Source of the DNA: Octopus sinensis
Lineage: Eukaryota
Direction: 5' to 3'
DNA: 29,704 nt
Assembly (NCBI RefSeq): GCF_006345805.1
Contig: NW_021832893.1
Location: 1-29,704 of the forward strand
Of the stretch, positions 12,420 to 23,473 are shown piece by piece; position 1 is the stretch's first letter, and each line of letters opens with the position of its first letter. Under the pieces are notes generated by a model that searched no databases, was not told the DNA's origin, and saw only the letters and a list, made by a program, of their open reading frames with translations. The translations under genes and the position numbers were made by a program.

Positions 12420-12995
12420 ATAACAAGACAAACAATTACAAAGAATGTTATGAGAGTTCGAATGAAACTTAAAAATTTAGTTATAATATGACATAAACGA
12501 AAACTTGGCTTACTTTTTGCCTTTTAACGAGAACTTAGTGCGTTTCCTTTTTTAAATAACATTAGAAAACATAACATATGTTAAAATGAAAAGCGGGGAG
12601 AAGCGCAGGCTCCGAATTTTGAACCCGGCAGCCTATAAGGCCCAGCAACTAATTTTTCCTTTCTTTGATGATTACTGAAAAGTCGACCTCGGCGGAATTT
12701 GAACTCAGAACGTCGCAGCAGACGAAATATCGCCAAGCATTTTGCCCGACGTGCTAACGTTTCTGCCAGCTTGCCACCGTCCCAGCTTAATCGTTGATGA
12801 AAGGAAAAGATCGTTGCCGGGCTTTAGAGGGTGCCGGGTTCGAACTTTTAATCTTTTTGTTTGTTTTCGTTTTATTTTTTAAAAAGTTCTAGTTAAAGGA
12901 AAATTTAAGTGTTATATAAAATATTTCTAAAGTAAATTTTTAACATGTAACTCATTCAAACTCATATAACATTTTTGTCTTTTGTTTGACCTGTA
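12420..12995. repeat. Diverged inverted repeat at the palindrome axis
   Basis: 12420-12665 aligns to the reverse complement of 12795-12995 at roughly 70-75% (e.g. AAGTTCTCGTTAAAAGG vs AAGTTCTAGTTAAAGG, and CATTCGAACTCTCATAACAT vs CATTCAAACTCATATAACAT). Confidence 0.6.
12660..12780 (-). mobile_element. SINE family 2, 5' half
   Basis: Head GGTGGCAAGCTGGCAGAAACGTTAGC through GAGGTCGAC. A repeat CCCAGCTTAATCRTTGAT occurs at ~12362 and ~12781. Confidence 0.75.
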
Positions 12996-13009
12996 TTGTC
13001 CCATTCTAT

Positions 13010-13228
13010 ATATATTTCTTTACTACCCACAAGGGGCTAAACACAGAGGGGACAAACAAGGGATTAAGTCTATTATATCGACACCAGTGTTTCACTGGTA
13101 CTTAATTTATCGACCCCAAAAGGATGAAAGGCAAAGTCGACCTCAGCGGAATTTGAACTTAGAACGTAGCGGCAGACGAAATACTGCTAAGCCTTTCGCC
13201 CGGCGTGCTAACCTTTCTGCCAGATCCC
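13010..13228 (-). mobile_element. SINE family 2, near full length
   Basis: Homologous to 5917-6136 and 19053-19290. Confidence 0.85.
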
Positions 13229-13233
13229 CAAGA

Positions 13234-13678
13234 GGCGATGTTTCGCTTGTCGTAGCACAAGTTTCCGTCGATTTCCGTAAAAAATGTAAACACTGAATCG
13301 GCCATACATACACACATACATACACACACACACATACATAGATACATACACACACACATACATGCAGACATACATATACACATACACCGAGTAAAAAATT
13401 TCAGTTATCTCTTTCTTTCACACATTACTCTCTCTGTCTCTTCACACACACTAACAGAAGCACTTCACTTACACAACATACTGTCTGTCTCCCACACCCC
13501 ATCAAACACACACACACATGTACATCAATGCTTTCCATGCACGGTAACTTCAAAAGAACTTCCCTCGTCATACAATCGCTTTCTCTTAGTCTCTTTCGCT
13601 CTCATTACTTATGTAAAAAAATAAAAGTTTTTTACGGAAATCGACGGAAACTTGTGCTACGACAAGCGAAACATCGCC
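13234..13678. mobile_element. Merlin-like MITE with perfect 51-bp TIRs and an 8-bp TSD
   Basis: TIR GGCGATGTTTCGCTTGTCGTAGCACAAGTTTCCGTCGATTTCCGTAAAAAA at 13234-13284 and inverted at 13628-13678. Flanks CCCCAAGA / CGCCAAGA match 7 of 8. GG termini plus an 8-bp TSD fit Merlin/IS1016. Interior has a (CA/TACA)n tract. Confidence 0.75.
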
Positions 13679-13809
13679 CGCCAAGATCCTCATGATCGTA
13701 ATAAAGATTCCATTTCATAGTAGTTCTCTAATTCTCTCATAGATGGCTCTACTGACTAGTGGCTTCCTTTCAGTTTCTCTCTTAGTTTCATTCTGTTAAT
13801 ATCTGTATT

Positions 13810-14330
13810 GTGTGTCAAGGCGCTCATTATTATTAATTAGACTAATTAGTTATCGGTCTGTGATTTGCTGTTTTTGTCTGAATACGGTAAGTTGACGATG
13901 ATGATAATAATACTACTAATAACAATGTAATTAATAGAATTCTGTGAACTTCTCGGTGTCACGGTAATTATTTCGAAGCGGAAACATAAAAACTTTAGGA
14001 AAATATATTTCCTCGTCTTAAATAATAACTTCCAAACTGAAATGTTGGTTTGTTGTTTCTGAAAACCTATGATCGACTGTTCACGAACGAAATGCTGTTA
14101 AGCAAATTCTGGATGGCATCAACTCACTACTCTGGTCATGTTATGCCCACTATATTTTCGTTTTGGCTAGCTCCATTCCCATTAGCTTCTAACACCTTCC
14201 AACTCAATCTACTTATGCAAGCATGGACAGTAAATGCATGACAATGGTAGTGATATAAAATCTGCAATGTTGAATTACTTATGTTGGTCAACTATCCAGT
14301 TTTATCTTACTGCTTCTTTTCCTATTTCAG
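13810..14330 (+). other. Exon 1 and short intron (13887-14330) of gene C
   Basis: GAATACG|GTAAGT donor and TTTTCCTATTTCAG acceptor. The intron is an internally deleted version of the B intron. Confidence 0.6.
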
Positions 14331-14696
14331 AATATCACAACATGTTGACATGAAGGAAATCTCTACATTCAGAAGTGTCTTTGATATTCTCATCACCTAA
14401 AGGAAAACAGTATATTTATACGGAGCATTCATGAATAAGTCTACCTCTGTATATAAATACAGTCTATAACAAGGAACAGCGGAATATTTTTCTTTCTCTG
14501 GAATGTGGAGGAGGTGATTGCTTTCCTGGTGAATTAAAGTTGGATAAATTTACAAAGGAGTTGACAATTTCCATCTGCTGTTTTAGATATCGAGTAAGAT
14601 CGTGGATGGAAGAAAGATTGCATTAAATAATTCTCTGCATGAAGTGACACGACGGAACAAAAACATATTCATAGAAAGGAAAAACACATTATCTTT

Positions 14697-15356
14697 GTGA
14701 TATGTATGATAAGTAATTCTCTCATAATGAATAATTTAAGTAAACCAGAAATCCCCAACACAGAGGATAAGGTATATAATTGTAATATCTGTGGTAAATC
14801 CTTCCTTCAGTATCGTTACTTAACTTATCACCAACGTACACATACAGGAGAGAAGCCATATCACTGTGATATCTGTGGTAAATCATTCTCTTATAATTGT
14901 CATTTGGTTACTCACAAACGCGTTCACACGGGAGAGAGACCCTATTATTGTGATATCTGTGGTAAATCATTCTGTGAACGTACAGTTTTGACGAAACATA
15001 AGAAGATTCATACTGGTGAAAAACCATATCAGTGTGATATCTGTGGTAAATCATACTCTCGTAATAGTCAATTGGTTAGTCACAATCGCACTCATACAGG
15101 AGAAAGACCATTTAATTGTGATATCTGTGGTAAATCATTCTGTGAACGTAAAGTTTTAACTAACCATAAGAAGATTCATACTGGTGATAAACCATATCAT
15201 TGTGATATCTGTGGTAAATCATTCTCTCAGAGTGGTAGTGTCACTACACACAAACGTACACATACAGGAGAAAAACCTTATCATTGTGATATCTGTGGTA
15301 AATCATTTTCTCAAGGTAATCACTTGACTAATCACAAACTTACACATACATGGTAG
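14697..15356 (+). CDS. C2H2 zinc-finger protein, copy C (7 intact fingers)
   Basis: 219-aa ORF with helices QYRYLTY, YNCHLVT, ERTVLTK, RNSQLVS, ERKVLTN, QSGSVTT and QGNHLTN. The real start may be the ATG at 14703 or 14727. Confidence 0.88.
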   Translation: MICMISNSLIMNNLSKPEIPNTEDKVYNCNICGKSFLQYRYLTYHQRTHTGEKPYHCDICGKSFSYNCHLVTHKRVHTGERPYYCDICGKSFCERTVLTKHKKIHTGEKPYQCDICGKSYSRNSQLVSHNRTHTGERPFNCDICGKSFCERKVLTNHKKIHTGDKPYHCDICGKSFSQSGSVTTHKRTHTGEKPYHCDICGKSFSQGNHLTNHKLTHTW

Positions 15357-15553
15357 AGACCATATCATTGTGATATCTGTGGTAAACCATTCTCTCAAAG
15401 TAGTGACTTGACTATCATTGGTAAATCATTCTCTCAAAAGAAACACTTGATTATGCACAGTCGTATATATACACGAGAGAAGCCATATCTTTGTTTTATC
15501 TGGTAAATCATTCTCTCAAAGGAGTCATTTGGCTTATCACAAACTTACACATA

Positions 15554-16336
15554 GGCGTAGGAGTGGCTGTGTGGTAAGCAGCTTGTTTACCAACTACATG
15601 GTTCCGGGTTCAGTCCCACTGCGTGGCACCTTGGGCAAGTGTCTTCTACTAGAGCCTCGGGCCGACCAAAGCCTTGTGAGTGGATTTGGTAGACGGAAAC
15701 TGAAAGACGCCCATCGTATATCTCTATCTCTATATATATAAACGGCAGTTTGTCTGTGCGTGTTTCTGTGTGTCTGTTTTCTTGTACCCTCACCCTGACC
15801 ACGGCTTTCAACCGATTCTGATGAAACTTGACACACACATAGCCCAATGTCATAATTCAAAACTATCGCAGCGAAAATTTTGAAAAGTTCCCCCAGTTCT
15901 GAAAAAAATCGATAAATTCGACATGGGGTCGACAATCAGAAACACAAACCACAGGGGACGCAACTCGACCTTTTTAACTATCAAAAAAAAATTTACCATC
16001 ATTTTTTTCCCCATTTTTTTTCTATTTGTTGGCTATAACTCTCTAAAAATGCTTTATAGTTATTTCCCTTACAAACCCGAGCAACGCCGGGCGATACTGC
16101 TAGTATGTATATATATGTGTGTGTATATTTTTGTGTGTCTGTGTTTGTCCCACCAACATTAATTGACAACCGATGCTGGTGTGTTTACATCACCGTAACT
16201 TAGTGGTTCAGCAAAAGAGACCGATAGAATCAGTACTGGGCTTACAAAGAATAAGTCCTGGGGTCGATTTACTCGACTAAAGGCGGTGCTCCAGAATGGC
16301 CAAAGTCAAATGACTCAAACAAGTAAAAGAGTATAA
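15554..16336 (+). mobile_element. SINE family 1 with a nested Helitron
   Basis: Head GGCGTAGGAGTGGCTGTGTGGTAAG, GGTTCAGTCCC B-box-like motif and AAGTAAAAGAGT tail. Confidence 0.88.
15721..16103 (+). mobile_element. Non-autonomous Helitron
   Basis: A|TC 5' end, hairpin CCCGAGCAACGCCGGG at 16076-16091, and CTAG|T 3' end, inserted in the SINE (TA)n. Confidence 0.82.
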
Positions 16337-16858
16337 GGGAGAGAAACTATATCATTGTAATTACTGTGCTAAATCATTTGCCCTTAATTGTCATTTGGTT
16401 ATCACAAACGTGTTCATACAGGAGAGAAACCTTGTCACTGTTTTGTTTATGGTAAATCTTTCTCTCAAATTAATCACTTCACTAATAAGACACATGTGGG
16501 GGAGAAGCCATAATCCTGCATTAGTTGTTGTAATTCATTTTTTGCAAATGGTGTTGTAACTACACACGAAAATGTTCATACCAGACACAACCTATGTAAT
16601 GGTCGTGTCTGTGTTAAAGCATTCTCTCATAGACCTAACTTAACTGTCCATGAACGAATCCCTACATGAGAGTAGCCATGTCAGTGTGACATGTGTGGCA
16701 CATGATTCTCTCGAAAAAGCCACATGCATAAACATGTGGCTATTCACAGAGACGTGTTACTGTCTCAATGTCAAAATTTATTAAGTCATAACAATAATTA
16801 ACACTATTTGCTCTGCTAAAACACAGGCTTTTTCCTTTCATCATTATAGGAATTTCTT

Positions 16859-16878
16859 AATAAAGAATAATGAATAAA
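16859..16878 (+). terminator. Putative polyadenylation signals of gene C
   Basis: Two AATAAA followed by a T/GT-rich tract, conserved in mirror image in B. Confidence 0.45.
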
Positions 16879-17283
16879 ATATTTATTTTGTGCTTGTTTT
16901 TTTGCACTATATCTGGACCCTGTTCCCTTTGTACCTTAAACCTGTCAACTGGCACAAGGTGACGTCCCTTCAATACTACCCTGCCAGTTTTCAGCTATTT
17001 TGTCTTGCAAGGTCCTTGAGGACCATGTCAGTTTTGTTGTCACATAGAATTCGCTGGTGAGGGTCCCAGGAAAAAGGCAATTGTGCTGCTGCTGGACCCA
17101 TATCACAAGCACTGGTGATGGTGATGAGATGACACAAAAAGAAGCATTGATGGTGGTGACACGTAAAATGCACGGATAAGGGGCTCATATTATAAGCACA
17201 GGTACTAGTGCCAACTCAGCAGCACTGGTGATGGTGTCCCATAAAAACAAACACCCAGTGCTCTCTGTAAAAGGGTTGACATA

Positions 17284-17666
17284 GGCATAGGAGTGACTGT
17301 GTGGTAAGTAGCTTTCGTACCAACCACACGGTTCCGGATTCAGTCCCCCTGCGTGGCACCTTGGGCAAGTGTCTTCTACTATAGCCTCGGGCTGACCAAA
17401 GCCTTGTGAGTGGATTCAGTAGACGGAAACTGAAAGAAGCCCGTCATATATATATATATATGTGTTTGTCCTCTCAACATCGCTTGACAACCGATGCTGG
17501 TGCGTTCACCTCCCCATTACTTAGTGGTTCAGCAAAGGAGACTGATAGAATAAGTACTAGGCTTACAAAGAATAAGTCCTGGTGTCGATTTGCTCGACTA
17601 AAAGGTGGTGCTCCAGCATGGCCACAGTAAATGACTGAAACAAGTAAAAGAGTCAAGAGTAAGAGT
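17284..17666 (+). mobile_element. SINE family 1, full length
   Basis: Mirror of 7003-7384. The empty site is seen at ~24055-24070. Confidence 0.9.
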
Positions 17667-18036
17667 ATTAGGAAATGCATTCTGCTGTAGAAAAGCCAAA
17701 TCAGACAAGGGAAACTGGTGCAACTCATGGCTTTGTCAGCTCTGGTCAACCTATCCAACATATGCCTGTATGGAACACAGACATTAAATTTTGAGGAAGA
17801 AAGCATGTATAGTGTGGTGTTATGGGCTGTGATGAGCTATGTGGTGTTGGTGGAGAGGATTGCAGATGAGGTAGACAGAAGTGAAGACTGCAGGGGCCGG
17901 AGGAACAGCCACGGGGCATGCATGGGCAGGAAGTTCAAGGAGAGACAGCAGCGTGCAAGGACATGTTCATTTCTTGACAGTGATTGCTCATCCCGCCTAG
18001 GTCAACAGGTAAGGCCTTTTGTATTTCTTTCTCCGG

Positions 18037-18800
18037 TAAGGGTGATTAGGTGATGGTCTAGGGCTTAGGGGCGGGAGAGCCCAGACCTTGGAAAAAACAA
18101 AAAAACTTTGGTTCTTTTGTTGTATTTGAGGAATCTTTGTTGACGCCTGATACCACTGGGAGGTGGCCCTCTTAGTCGCTGGAACTGGAGATCCCCAGGT
18201 CCAAATTCTTGAACTGTTGGGGTTAGTGTTGGTGTTGGTGGTGATGGCAGAGAGAGGTGGCAGCAGTGACAGGAACAGCAATGGTGGCAGTAGCAGCGAA
18301 GGTGATGCCAGCAGTGGCGATGGTGAAAGCGGCAGTGCTTGTTGGTGCTGGTGTTGCTAAGCAACAAGACGGGTAAAGGTGATTAGGTGATGGTCTAGGG
18401 CTTAGGGTCGGGAGCCCCAGACCTTGGAAAAAAAGGGATTTTTGTTGACGCCTGACACCCATGGGAGGTGGCCCTCGAAGTCGTTGGAAATGAGATCTCC
18501 AGGTCCAATTCTTGAACGGCGGCAAAGTAGCTAATGTCGATGGTGTGTGGAAGGACCTTTCAAGTGTTTGACCTAAGGGTGATTAGGTGATGGTCTAGGG
18601 CTTAGGGGCGGGAGACCCCAGACCTTGGAAAAAACAAAAAAACTTTGGTCGTCTTGTAGTCGAGGGATCTTTGTTGACTCCTGACACCACTGGGAGGTGG
18701 CCCTCGAAGTCGCTTGAAAAGGAGATCTCCAGGTCCAATTCTTGAAAGGCGGCAAAGTAGCTGATGTCGATGGTGTGTGGAAGGACCTTTCAAGTGTTTG
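18037..18800 (+). repeat. Three copies of a ~175-225-bp unit starting with a G-rich motif
   Basis: Units start at ~18037, ~18377 and ~18574 with GGTGATTAGGTGATGGTCTAGGGCTTAGGG. A low-complexity spacer lies at 18213-18376. There is one inverted copy at ~6410-6630. Confidence 0.85.
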
Positions 18801-19052
18801 GCCTCACAGAGACAATGATGAATAACTCAGACCTTTTGCATTATATCTTGCTTGTGAAAGATATCAAACCAAGTAAAATCAGAGTGGCTGGTGTTAGATA
18901 AGATCATCCAGCAGTAGAAACCATGCCAAATCAGACCCAGTCTGGAGCAGCCTTCCAGTCCTGGTCAAACCGTCTGAACCATGTCAACTTGGACAACGGA
19001 CATTAAGTGAGGATAATGATGATGACTTTGGTTAAAGCGAGGTATAGCTGAA

Positions 19053-19454
19053 GGTGGCGAGCTGGCAGAATCGTCAGCACGTCAGGCGAAATGCTTAGCG
19101 GTATTTTGGCTGCCGTTACATTCTGAGTTCAAATTCCACCGAGGCCGACTTTGCCTCTCCTCCTTTCGAGGTTGATTAAATAAGTACCAGTTATGCACTG
19201 GGGTCGATGTAATCAACTTAATCCATTTGTCTGTCCTTGTTTTTCCTCTGTGTTTAACCCCTTGTGGGTAGTAAAGTAATAGGTATTTCATCTGTCGTTA
19301 TGTTATGAGTTCAAATTCCGCCCAGGTCGACTTTGCCTTTCATCCTTTCGGGGTCGATAAATTAAGTACCAGTTACGCACTGGGGTCGATGTAATCGACT
19401 TAATACCTATGTTTGTCCCGTCTATGTTTAGCCCCTTGTGGGTTATAAAGAAAT
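19053..19454 (+). mobile_element. SINE family 2 tandem dimer within one TSD
   Basis: TSD AGGTATAGCTGAA at 19040-19052 and 19455-19467. Full unit to ~19290, then a 5'-truncated unit from ~19298. Confidence 0.85.
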
Positions 19455-19631
19455 AGGTATAGCTGAAGGCACTTGCTCAATGTGCTCTGCATTGGGATTG
19501 AACCCTAAACCATGAGGTTGGAAAGAAAGTTCCTTACCACACAAACAACCCTGTCTGCATTTTTTGACTGTTTGGTTGTAGGTAATCCCTGATGTGAATG
19601 CATGTTCATAGAAAAAGCTATTATTGTTATA

Positions 19632-19790
19632 GGCTAAGGAGTGGCTGTGTGGTAAGTAGCTTGCTTACCAACCACATGGTTCCGGGTTCAGTCCCACTAC
19701 ATAACACCTACTATAGCCTTGGGCTGACTAAAGCCTTGTGAGTGGATTTGGTAGACAGAAAATGAAAGAAGCCCGTCGTATATATGTATG

Positions 19791-19821
<31 letters not shown>

Positions 19822-20750
19822 CATCATCGTTTAATGTCCGCTTTCCATGCTAGCATTGGTTGGACGGTGCAACTGAGGTCTGGGAAGCCAGAAGGCTGCA
19901 CCAGGCCCAGTCTGATCTGGCAGTGTTTCTACGGCTGGATGCCCTTCCTAACGCCAACCACTCCATGAGTGTAGTGGGTGCTTTTTACATGCCAGATGAG
20001 GCTGGTGAACGGCCACACTCTGCCACCGGCACGGAGGCCAGGCGAGGCTGGCAATGGCCACAATCGGATGGTGTTTGTTATGTGCCACCGGCACGGAGGC
20101 CAGGTGAGGCTGACAATGGCCACAATCGGATGGTGTTTGTTATGTGCCACCGGCACGGAGGCCAGTCGATGCGGCACTGGCTATGGCCACGTTTGGATGG
20201 TTCTCTTATGTGCCACCGGAACTAGTATCACAACTTCAAATTCTATTGATGTTCATCGATTTCGATTTTCACTTGCCTCAACAGGTCTTCACAAGTAGAG
20301 TTTTGTGTCCCTAGAAGGAAGGTATGCACAGGTGGACTGACTACGTCCCAGGTAGAGGCCACGGGTTTCGGCCTCACTTGTCCTGCCGGGTCTTCTCACG
20401 CACATCATACTTCCAAAGGTCTTGGTCTCTGGTCATTTCCCCGGTGAGACTTAATGAGCGAAGTTTGTGCTTCACCACTTCGTCCAGGTTTTCATGGGTC
20501 CACCTCTTCCACAGGTTCCCTCAACCACTAGGGTGTATATGTATGTTTGTGTGTCTGTGTTTGTCCCCACAACATTGCTTGACAACTGATGGTGGTGTGT
20601 TTACATCCCCGTAACATAGCGGTTCAGCAAAAGTGACTGATAGAATAAGTGCTAGGCTTACAAAGAATTAGTCCCGGGATCGATTTGCTCGACTAAAGGC
20701 GGTGCTCCAGCATGGCCACAGCCACATGACTGATACAAGTAAAAGAGTAT
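19632..20750 (+). mobile_element. SINE family 1 split by an RTE insertion
   Basis: 5' half 19632-19820 and 3' half 20530-20750. Mirror of 5071-5739. Confidence 0.85.
19821..20527 (-). mobile_element. 5'-truncated RTE-clade LINE 3' end
   Basis: Minus strand reads LDEVVKHKLRSLSLTGEMTRDQDLWKYDVREKTRQ*. The 3' UTR has ~62-bp tandem repeats (GTGCCACCGGCACGGAGGCCAG...) and an (ATG)n tail. Confidence 0.72.
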
Positions 20751-20977
20751 GTCTTACAGTGACGACATAGATATAGGAAATAACATATTCTACAGTGAAG
20801 ATAATGAAATTGAGGCCGGCATTAGGCAATTTGAGACGAAAATCTCTATAAATTACACCAATAACCAATTGCATGGTTCCTGTATCTGGGGACCGGTATT
20901 TTGTAACAGAATATATTAGTAAACTTTCTTAAAATGACCAGGTGAAAATTAAAAAAAAAACAGAATTGAAAGTGAAA

Positions 20978-21373
20978 TCTCTATGTGTATAAAGCTGAAG
21001 TTGTCTGTGTGTGGCAGGTTTGGTAGCCTTCAACTAACACTATCTCCTCCGAGACCCTGCAGTGCAAGATGACCAAAATTGAGAGTATGATAGAAGAAGG
21101 CTTGCTCTTCATTCCGTAGAAGATAAAATTCAAATCGGACTATGTTAACACCAAAATTATTTACATCAAAAAGGTGCTTCTTTTTTTTCCTATGAAAATC
21201 CCTATATTTTACGATTTTTTTACTGTTGTGTCGACATTTCTCGGTGTATTTCAACCAGAGAAATGTTTACTTAAAGAGAATAAGAAGCTACATTATGCAA
21301 CATCTTTACTTTTCAAAAATTCCAATTCTAAAGGGTCGAAACAAACCCGAGCAACGCCGGGTTACACTGCTGG
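20978..21373 (+). mobile_element. Non-autonomous Helitron
   Basis: A|TCTCTATGTGTATAAAGCTG 5' end, the same 3' hairpin as 15721-16103, and CTGG|T end. Confidence 0.75.
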
Positions 21374-21723
21374 TAGTTAATATAAGGGAACAGACTAAAG
21401 TGCTGGAACGAATCCAAGCAGTCAGTAGAGACATCTATTGGAGAATTCAAGAAATACAATCATATAAAGGGAAGTAACTTCTACACTACATCAACCAAGC
21501 TCCATTATTAATTAAGGTGCTTAATTAGCGATCGCTGACTCGCAGTTTGGATCTGAACAGGGTAAGTTGACAAAGATTTACTTTAAGGCTTTAATGATGA
21601 TAATAATACTAATAATAATATTGTAAATCATAGAATTCTGTGAATCTTTCGATGTTACAATAATTATTTCGAAGCGAAAACATAAAAATATAAGGAAAAT
21701 ATATTAATTCGTCTTAAATAATA

Positions 21724-21872
21724 TTTTCTTCTTTAGATACAAGACCTGAAATTTGAGGGAGGTCAATAGTCGATTACATCGGCTCCAATATTTAACTGGT
21801 ATTTAATTTATCGACCCAGAAGGAATAAAAGGTTAAAGTCAGCCTCGACGGAATTTGAACTCAGAACGTACC
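21724..21872 (-). mobile_element. SINE family 2 fragment with TSD, same insertion as 3946-4100
   Basis: TSD TCGTCTTAAWTAATA at 21709-21723 and 21873-21887. Confidence 0.8.
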
Positions 21873-22094
21873 TCGTCTTAATTAATAACTTCCAAACTGA
21901 AATGTTGGTTTGTTGTTTCTGAAAACCTATGATCGGATGTTAGATGTGATATAGAGGAAATTTATTTGGGCATTCCGTAACAAACTTTTTTTTTTTTACA
22001 TATGGACTTGCGGGAACTTTTTGAAGTAATGAGAGCGAAAGAGACTAAGAGAAAGCGATTTTATGACGAGGGAAGTTCTTTTGAAGTTACCGTC

Positions 22095-22894
22095 CAGGGG
22101 AAGCATTGATGTACATGTGTGTGTGTGTGTTTGATGGGGTGTGGGAGACAGACAGTATGTTGTGTAGGTGAAGTGCTTCTGTTAGTGTGTGTGAAGAGAC
22201 AGAGAGAGTAATGTGTGAAAGAGAGAGATAACTGAAATTTTTTACTCAGTGTATGTGTATATGTATGTATGCATGTATTTGTGTGTGTATGTATCTATGT
22301 ATGTGTGTGTGTGTGTATCTATGTATGTGTGTGTGTGTATGTATCTATATATGTGTGTGTGTGTATGTATGTATGGCCGAGAAGAATATCTATTCATGAG
22401 AAGAATATCTCCACCTCATTTTATAACTCTCCCGTCTTTTTCTTACCAGTTCGCCATTGTCACATCAACAGAGACATTAAGGCTGCACAGTAGCAGTCGA
22501 CAAGGCATGTATAACGATTAAATAAAAAAAATTTTGTCTATATCTTCGATCACTGTCATTATTCCATTGAGTCAACCTCATTATTTTCTACATAGCAGAC
22601 CGTTACATAAATAGGCAAAGGTAATCTTTCGTTTTAACTCGAAATAATGTAAACACTGAATCGGCCATACATACACACACACATACATACACACACACAT
22701 ACATACACACACACATACATAGATACATACATATACACATACACCGAGTAAAAAATTTCAGTTATCTCTCTCTTTCACACATTACTCTCTCTGTCTCTTC
22801 ACACACACTAACACAAGCACTTCACTTACACAACATACTGTCTGTCTCCCACACCCCATCAAACACACACACATGTACATCAATGCTTCCCCTG
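22095..22894. repeat. Intronic inverted repeat made of MITE interior sequence
   Basis: 22095-22379 is the reverse complement of 22662-22894. Both match 13290-13530, and the left copy extends to ~21990. Confidence 0.85.
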
Positions 22895-23473
22895 CTATGA
22901 CGAGTAACAATGCTTCTTTATCATTAACTCTGATCACTTCATAAACAGCCCATTTCACTTGTGGCAACTTTGCTCTGTGAAATTCTGGATGGCATCAACT
23001 CACTACTCTGGTCATGTTATGCCCACTATATTATCGTTTTGGCTAGCTCCATTCCCATTAGCTTCTAACACCTTCCAACTCAATCTACTTATGCAAGCAT
23101 GGACAGTAAATGCATGACAATGGTAGTGATATAAAATCTGCAATCTTTGATTACTTATGTTGGTCAACTATCCAGTTTTATCTTACTGCTTCTTTTCCTA
23201 TTTCAGAATATCACAACATTTGACGTTAAGGAAATCTCTCCATTCAGAATTGTCTTTGATATTCTCATCAACTAAAGGAAGACAGTATATTTATAAGGAG
23301 CATTCATGAATAAGTCTACCTCTGTATATAAATACAGTCTATAACAAGGAACAGCGAAATATTTTTTCTTTCTGTGGAATGTATGGAAGAAACATTGCAT
23401 TAAATTGTTATCTGAATGAAGTGACAAAAGTGAACGGAAATGTATTCATGGAAATGAAAAACACTTTATCATT

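Larger units (their letters stand above)
15357..16510 (+). pseudogene. Decayed distal fingers of gene C, interrupted by a SINE and a Helitron
   Basis: Broken finger units at 15357-15553 and 16337-16510. Confidence 0.75.
21480..23206 (+). other. Exon 1 and intron (21562-23206) of gene D
   Basis: AACAGG|GTAAGT donor and TTTTCCTATTTCAG acceptor, homologous to A', B and C. Confidence 0.6.

Noticed and set aside
14331-14696. Possible N-terminal effector domain (KRAB/ZAD/BTB-like) upstream of the fingers
   Set aside because: Only short frames ending in stops (e.g. MKEISTFRSVFDILIT*) and no recognisable motif. A spliced upstream coding exon is not supported.
15554-15630. tRNA-like A/B boxes
   Set aside because: They are SINE heads with no complete cloverleaf, so not tRNA genes.
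18037-18800. Repeat-spacer pattern and Ala/Thr/His-rich ORFs
   Set aside because: Units are 175-225 bp, diverged and eukaryotic, so not CRISPR. The ORFs are low-complexity by-products.
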